DNA of 64,000 nucleotides from a candidate division WOR-3 bacterium (GTDB lineage Bacteria; Hydrothermota; UBA3072): NCBI GenBank assembly GCA_023131835.1, contig JAGLZA010000099.1, positions 787 to 64,786 of the forward strand, read 5' to 3'. Shown piece by piece: positions 61,709 to 64,000 of this stretch (position 1 is its first letter; each line of letters starts with the position of its first letter). The notes under the pieces were generated by a model. It saw only the letters and a program-made list of their open reading frames with translations, ran no database searches and was not told where the DNA came from. The position numbers and the translations under genes were made by a program.

Positions 61709-62419
61709 ATGACATTCCTTTTAATAATATTAATAGTATTTCTATTCTGGCTTCTCGCACCTTTAATACTGGGTATTCCAATTGTTTACCTGACTTTAAA
61801 ACAGAATGTTAAACATAATATAAATGTATGTGATGAAAGTGAAATCCCTCTGAAGTGCAAAATCTACTTTTCGAATCAATATTCTGAATTGCCTTCATTG
61901 GGATTTTCTCATATCTCTTATTTCAGGCATAAAAATACTGGTAACCCTTCATCTACTATCTATATAGGAATTATGGTTAACCCGGAGATTGAAACCAGGG
62001 CAGAGGTATATTGTTTAATTAACGAAAGAATGCAAGGTTGCTACACAGAATTTTCTTGCGAATTCAAAGATGGATATGTGATATCTACATACAATGCAAA
62101 AAACTCTTCATCTCTTATTCCTCCCGAACGGATGATTATGCGGAGAGTAAAAATTGATAATCTAAGAAAACTACTCAAAAATCATTTATCAGCAGTTGAA
62201 GAATTAAAAGAAAAGCGTGCATATAGAGATATGAGTAATTTTAACTATATTTATGAGTTCGAGAGAGTCAACAGGGAAGTATTAAATTACCAGGAGCAGA
62301 AAGGGTTGATGAAGGTTTGTGAGAATGGAACTGCATATCGCCCTACATTTATTGGCGCCATCAAAATGACCTTAAAGCAATGGATCCTTTTCAGATATCT
62401 AAAAAGGGGTGTAGAATGA
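61709..62419 (+). CDS. Hypothetical membrane-anchored protein
   Basis: N-terminal TM segment, with an ATGA overlap with the downstream mttB-family gene. Confidence 0.4.
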   Translation: MTFLLIILIVFLFWLLAPLILGIPIVYLTLKQNVKHNINVCDESEIPLKCKIYFSNQYSELPSLGFSHISYFRHKNTGNPSSTIYIGIMVNPEIETRAEVYCLINERMQGCYTEFSCEFKDGYVISTYNAKNSSSLIPPERMIMRRVKIDNLRKLLKNHLSAVEELKEKRAYRDMSNFNYIYEFERVNREVLNYQEQKGLMKVCENGTAYRPTFIGAIKMTLKQWILFRYLKRGVE

Positions 62420-63876
62420 GGCCGATTGTAAGATTCTTAAGTGATGAACTTATAGAAAGGATAATTTCAGAAGCAAGGGATGTTCTTTGCAACCTCGGAG
62501 TGGAAATCCATAACAAGAATATCCTTTCTATGTTACAAGATTATGGAGCAAAAGTGGAAATGGATAGATACTATGTTCTTTTTACCGATGAGATTATTGA
62601 CAGAGCACTGAAAACAGTTCCACGTTCCTTTAAACTCTATGATGTTCTCGGTAATGAAACACACGATTTTTCTGGATATAATGTTTATTTCACACCCGGC
62701 TCCGCTGCACTGAATATCCTGGACTATAGTTCTAAAAAGATACGCAAACCAAAAACTGGGGATTATATCAGGTATGCAAAGGTTATAAGCAAACTTAATA
62801 ACATCGCTTCCCAGAGCACTGCATTCATACCAGCTGATGTACCTGAAAATATTTCGGATAGTTATCGCCTCTACCTGAGCCTCCTCTATTGTGAAAAGCC
62901 GGTTGTCACCGGAGCATTTACTATCGAAGCATTCAATATTATGAAAGAATTTCAACTTACAATTCGTGGGACAAAAGATGAACTCAAGGTAAAACCTCTC
63001 ACGATATTCTCCTGCTGTCCTACTTCACCGCTAAAATGGAGTGATGTAACATCTCAAAATCTTGTTGACTGCGCCCATTTCTCAATCCCGATAGAATTTA
63101 TTTCTATGCCTTTATCAGGATTCATAGCGCCTGTCACCCTTGTCGGGACATTGGTGCAGCATACTGCTGAAACCCTGAGTGGTGTTGTAATAAGTCAGCT
63201 TACCAACCCGGGCACTCCTGTGCTTTACGGCGGGTCTCCTGCCATATTTGATGTCCGATATGAGACAACCCCTATGGGTGCTGTAGAGACAGAGATGATA
63301 GACTGTGCATATAACGAGATTGGAAAATATTTAGGCATTCCGACCCAGGCTTATATATCACTCAGCGATTCTAAACAGCTCGATGCACAGGCAGGACTCG
63401 AATCGGGGGTGGGAGCAACCCTGGCTGCCCTCTCCGGCATAAACAATATATCAGGGCCTGGAATGCTCGATTTTGAAAGCTGTCAGAGCCTTGAAAAACT
63501 TGTCCTCGATAATGAAATCTGTGGTATGGTTCTTCATATGATAAAAGGCATTGAACCTAAAGAAGATTTCCCTTCTCTTCCAAGATTTGAGGAATTAAAG
63601 AAGGTTCAACATCTGCTTATATCAGAACATACCCGGAAATATCTCAGAGAAGTATTTTATTTTCCCGGACCAATAATCGACCGGGCAAATAGAACAAGAT
63701 GGCAGGCGGAAGGTAGTTTAACTCTTTTACAAAGGGCACATAGTGAGGTGGAAAAATTAATTAAAGATTATACGCCTTCAAGACTTCCTGACAGCACAAA
63801 GAAGGAATTGACAAAACTAATGGAGAAGGAGGCTCATCACTATGGAATGGAGAGACTGCCTAAAAAACCCGGATAA
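62416..63876 (+). CDS. MttB-superfamily methyltransferase (non-pyrrolysine member, quaternary amine:corrinoid methyltransferase-like)
   Basis: N-terminal LSDELIERIISEARDVLCNLGVEI and overall TIM-barrel MttB-like sequence. There is no in-frame TAG. Confidence 0.7.
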   Translation: MRPIVRFLSDELIERIISEARDVLCNLGVEIHNKNILSMLQDYGAKVEMDRYYVLFTDEIIDRALKTVPRSFKLYDVLGNETHDFSGYNVYFTPGSAALNILDYSSKKIRKPKTGDYIRYAKVISKLNNIASQSTAFIPADVPENISDSYRLYLSLLYCEKPVVTGAFTIEAFNIMKEFQLTIRGTKDELKVKPLTIFSCCPTSPLKWSDVTSQNLVDCAHFSIPIEFISMPLSGFIAPVTLVGTLVQHTAETLSGVVISQLTNPGTPVLYGGSPAIFDVRYETTPMGAVETEMIDCAYNEIGKYLGIPTQAYISLSDSKQLDAQAGLESGVGATLAALSGINNISGPGMLDFESCQSLEKLVLDNEICGMVLHMIKGIEPKEDFPSLPRFEELKKVQHLLISEHTRKYLREVFYFPGPIIDRANRTRWQAEGSLTLLQRAHSEVEKLIKDYTPSRLPDSTKKELTKLMEKEAHHYGMERLPKKPG

Positions 63877-64000
63877 TGCGTTAACCACAGAGGAAGAGAA
63901 CATAGTGAGAGAGATTATCGAAATTAGAGTTAATGATGTAAAGCCGGACAGAAACGAGGTCTTAAAGAATCAGTGTATCCCTCCTGATATAGAACCATCT
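63842..64000 (+). CDS. Hypothetical protein, 3'-truncated by window edge
   Basis: An ATG at 63842 opens a frame (MEWRDCLKNPDNALTTEEENIVREIIEIRVN...) that overlaps the mttB-like 3' end. Confidence 0.3.
   Translation, partial: MEWRDCLKNPDNALTTEEENIVREIIEIRVNDVKPDRNEVLKNQCIPPDIEPS

Noticed and set aside
62416-63876. Possible pyrrolysine (in-frame UAG) in the MttB homologue
   Set aside because: The ORF is continuous with no in-frame TAG, so it is a non-Pyl MttB-superfamily member.

Overview
This is an AT-rich bacterial contig with genes on both strands and no rRNA or tRNA genes detected. Three proteins (53898-55325, 55503-57605, 58985-60793) end in Bacteroidota-type T9SS C-terminal sorting domains, so the organism probably belongs to the FCB superphylum. 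Gene content points to an anaerobic fermenter. Core metabolism: 3' part of oligopeptidase B (1-1725); a group-3 Mvh-type [NiFe]-hydrogenase operon (2696-6637, minus strand: Fe-S protein, mvhD, mvhG, mvhA, maturation protease); acetate kinase; a receiver-domain (REC)::malic-enzyme fusion followed by a run of orphan signalling genes (dual-REC protein, REC-histidine kinase, sigma54 activator with Cache-type sensor kinase); a GlcD/GlcF-like FAD/Fe-S oxidase pair; two-subunit class I fumarase; a citrate synthase / LeuCD-type aconitase-family / isocitrate dehydrogenase (IDH) cluster; a complete larA-larE-larB-larC nickel-pincer cofactor/lactate racemase operon; an RCK-gated channel; a polysaccharide deacetylase; a sirtuin; YjbQ; and a non-pyrrolysine MttB-family methyltransferase. 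Accessory/defence content: (i) a type I R-M operon (32934-44434) whose hsdM...hsdS...hsdR genes are interleaved with an AlbA_2/HATPase_c_4 gene, a 288-aa unknown, a SIR2-like gene and a HEPN gene, plus a DUF45 metallopeptidase; (ii) a 1448-aa secreted RHS/YD-repeat polymorphic toxin with a phospholipase-A2-like C-terminal tip, followed by two membrane-protein genes, the whole cassette bracketed by two inverted copies of a ~270-320 bp MITE-like element, with a third related element at 6814-7115. Intergenic regions carry several short interspersed repeat families and GC-rich hairpins (1961-2590, 20311-20516, 53540-53640, 58521-58950, 60933-61200). Two genes (larA, mvhD) appear to start at AUA/AUU codons placed behind perfect Shine-Dalgarno sequences.
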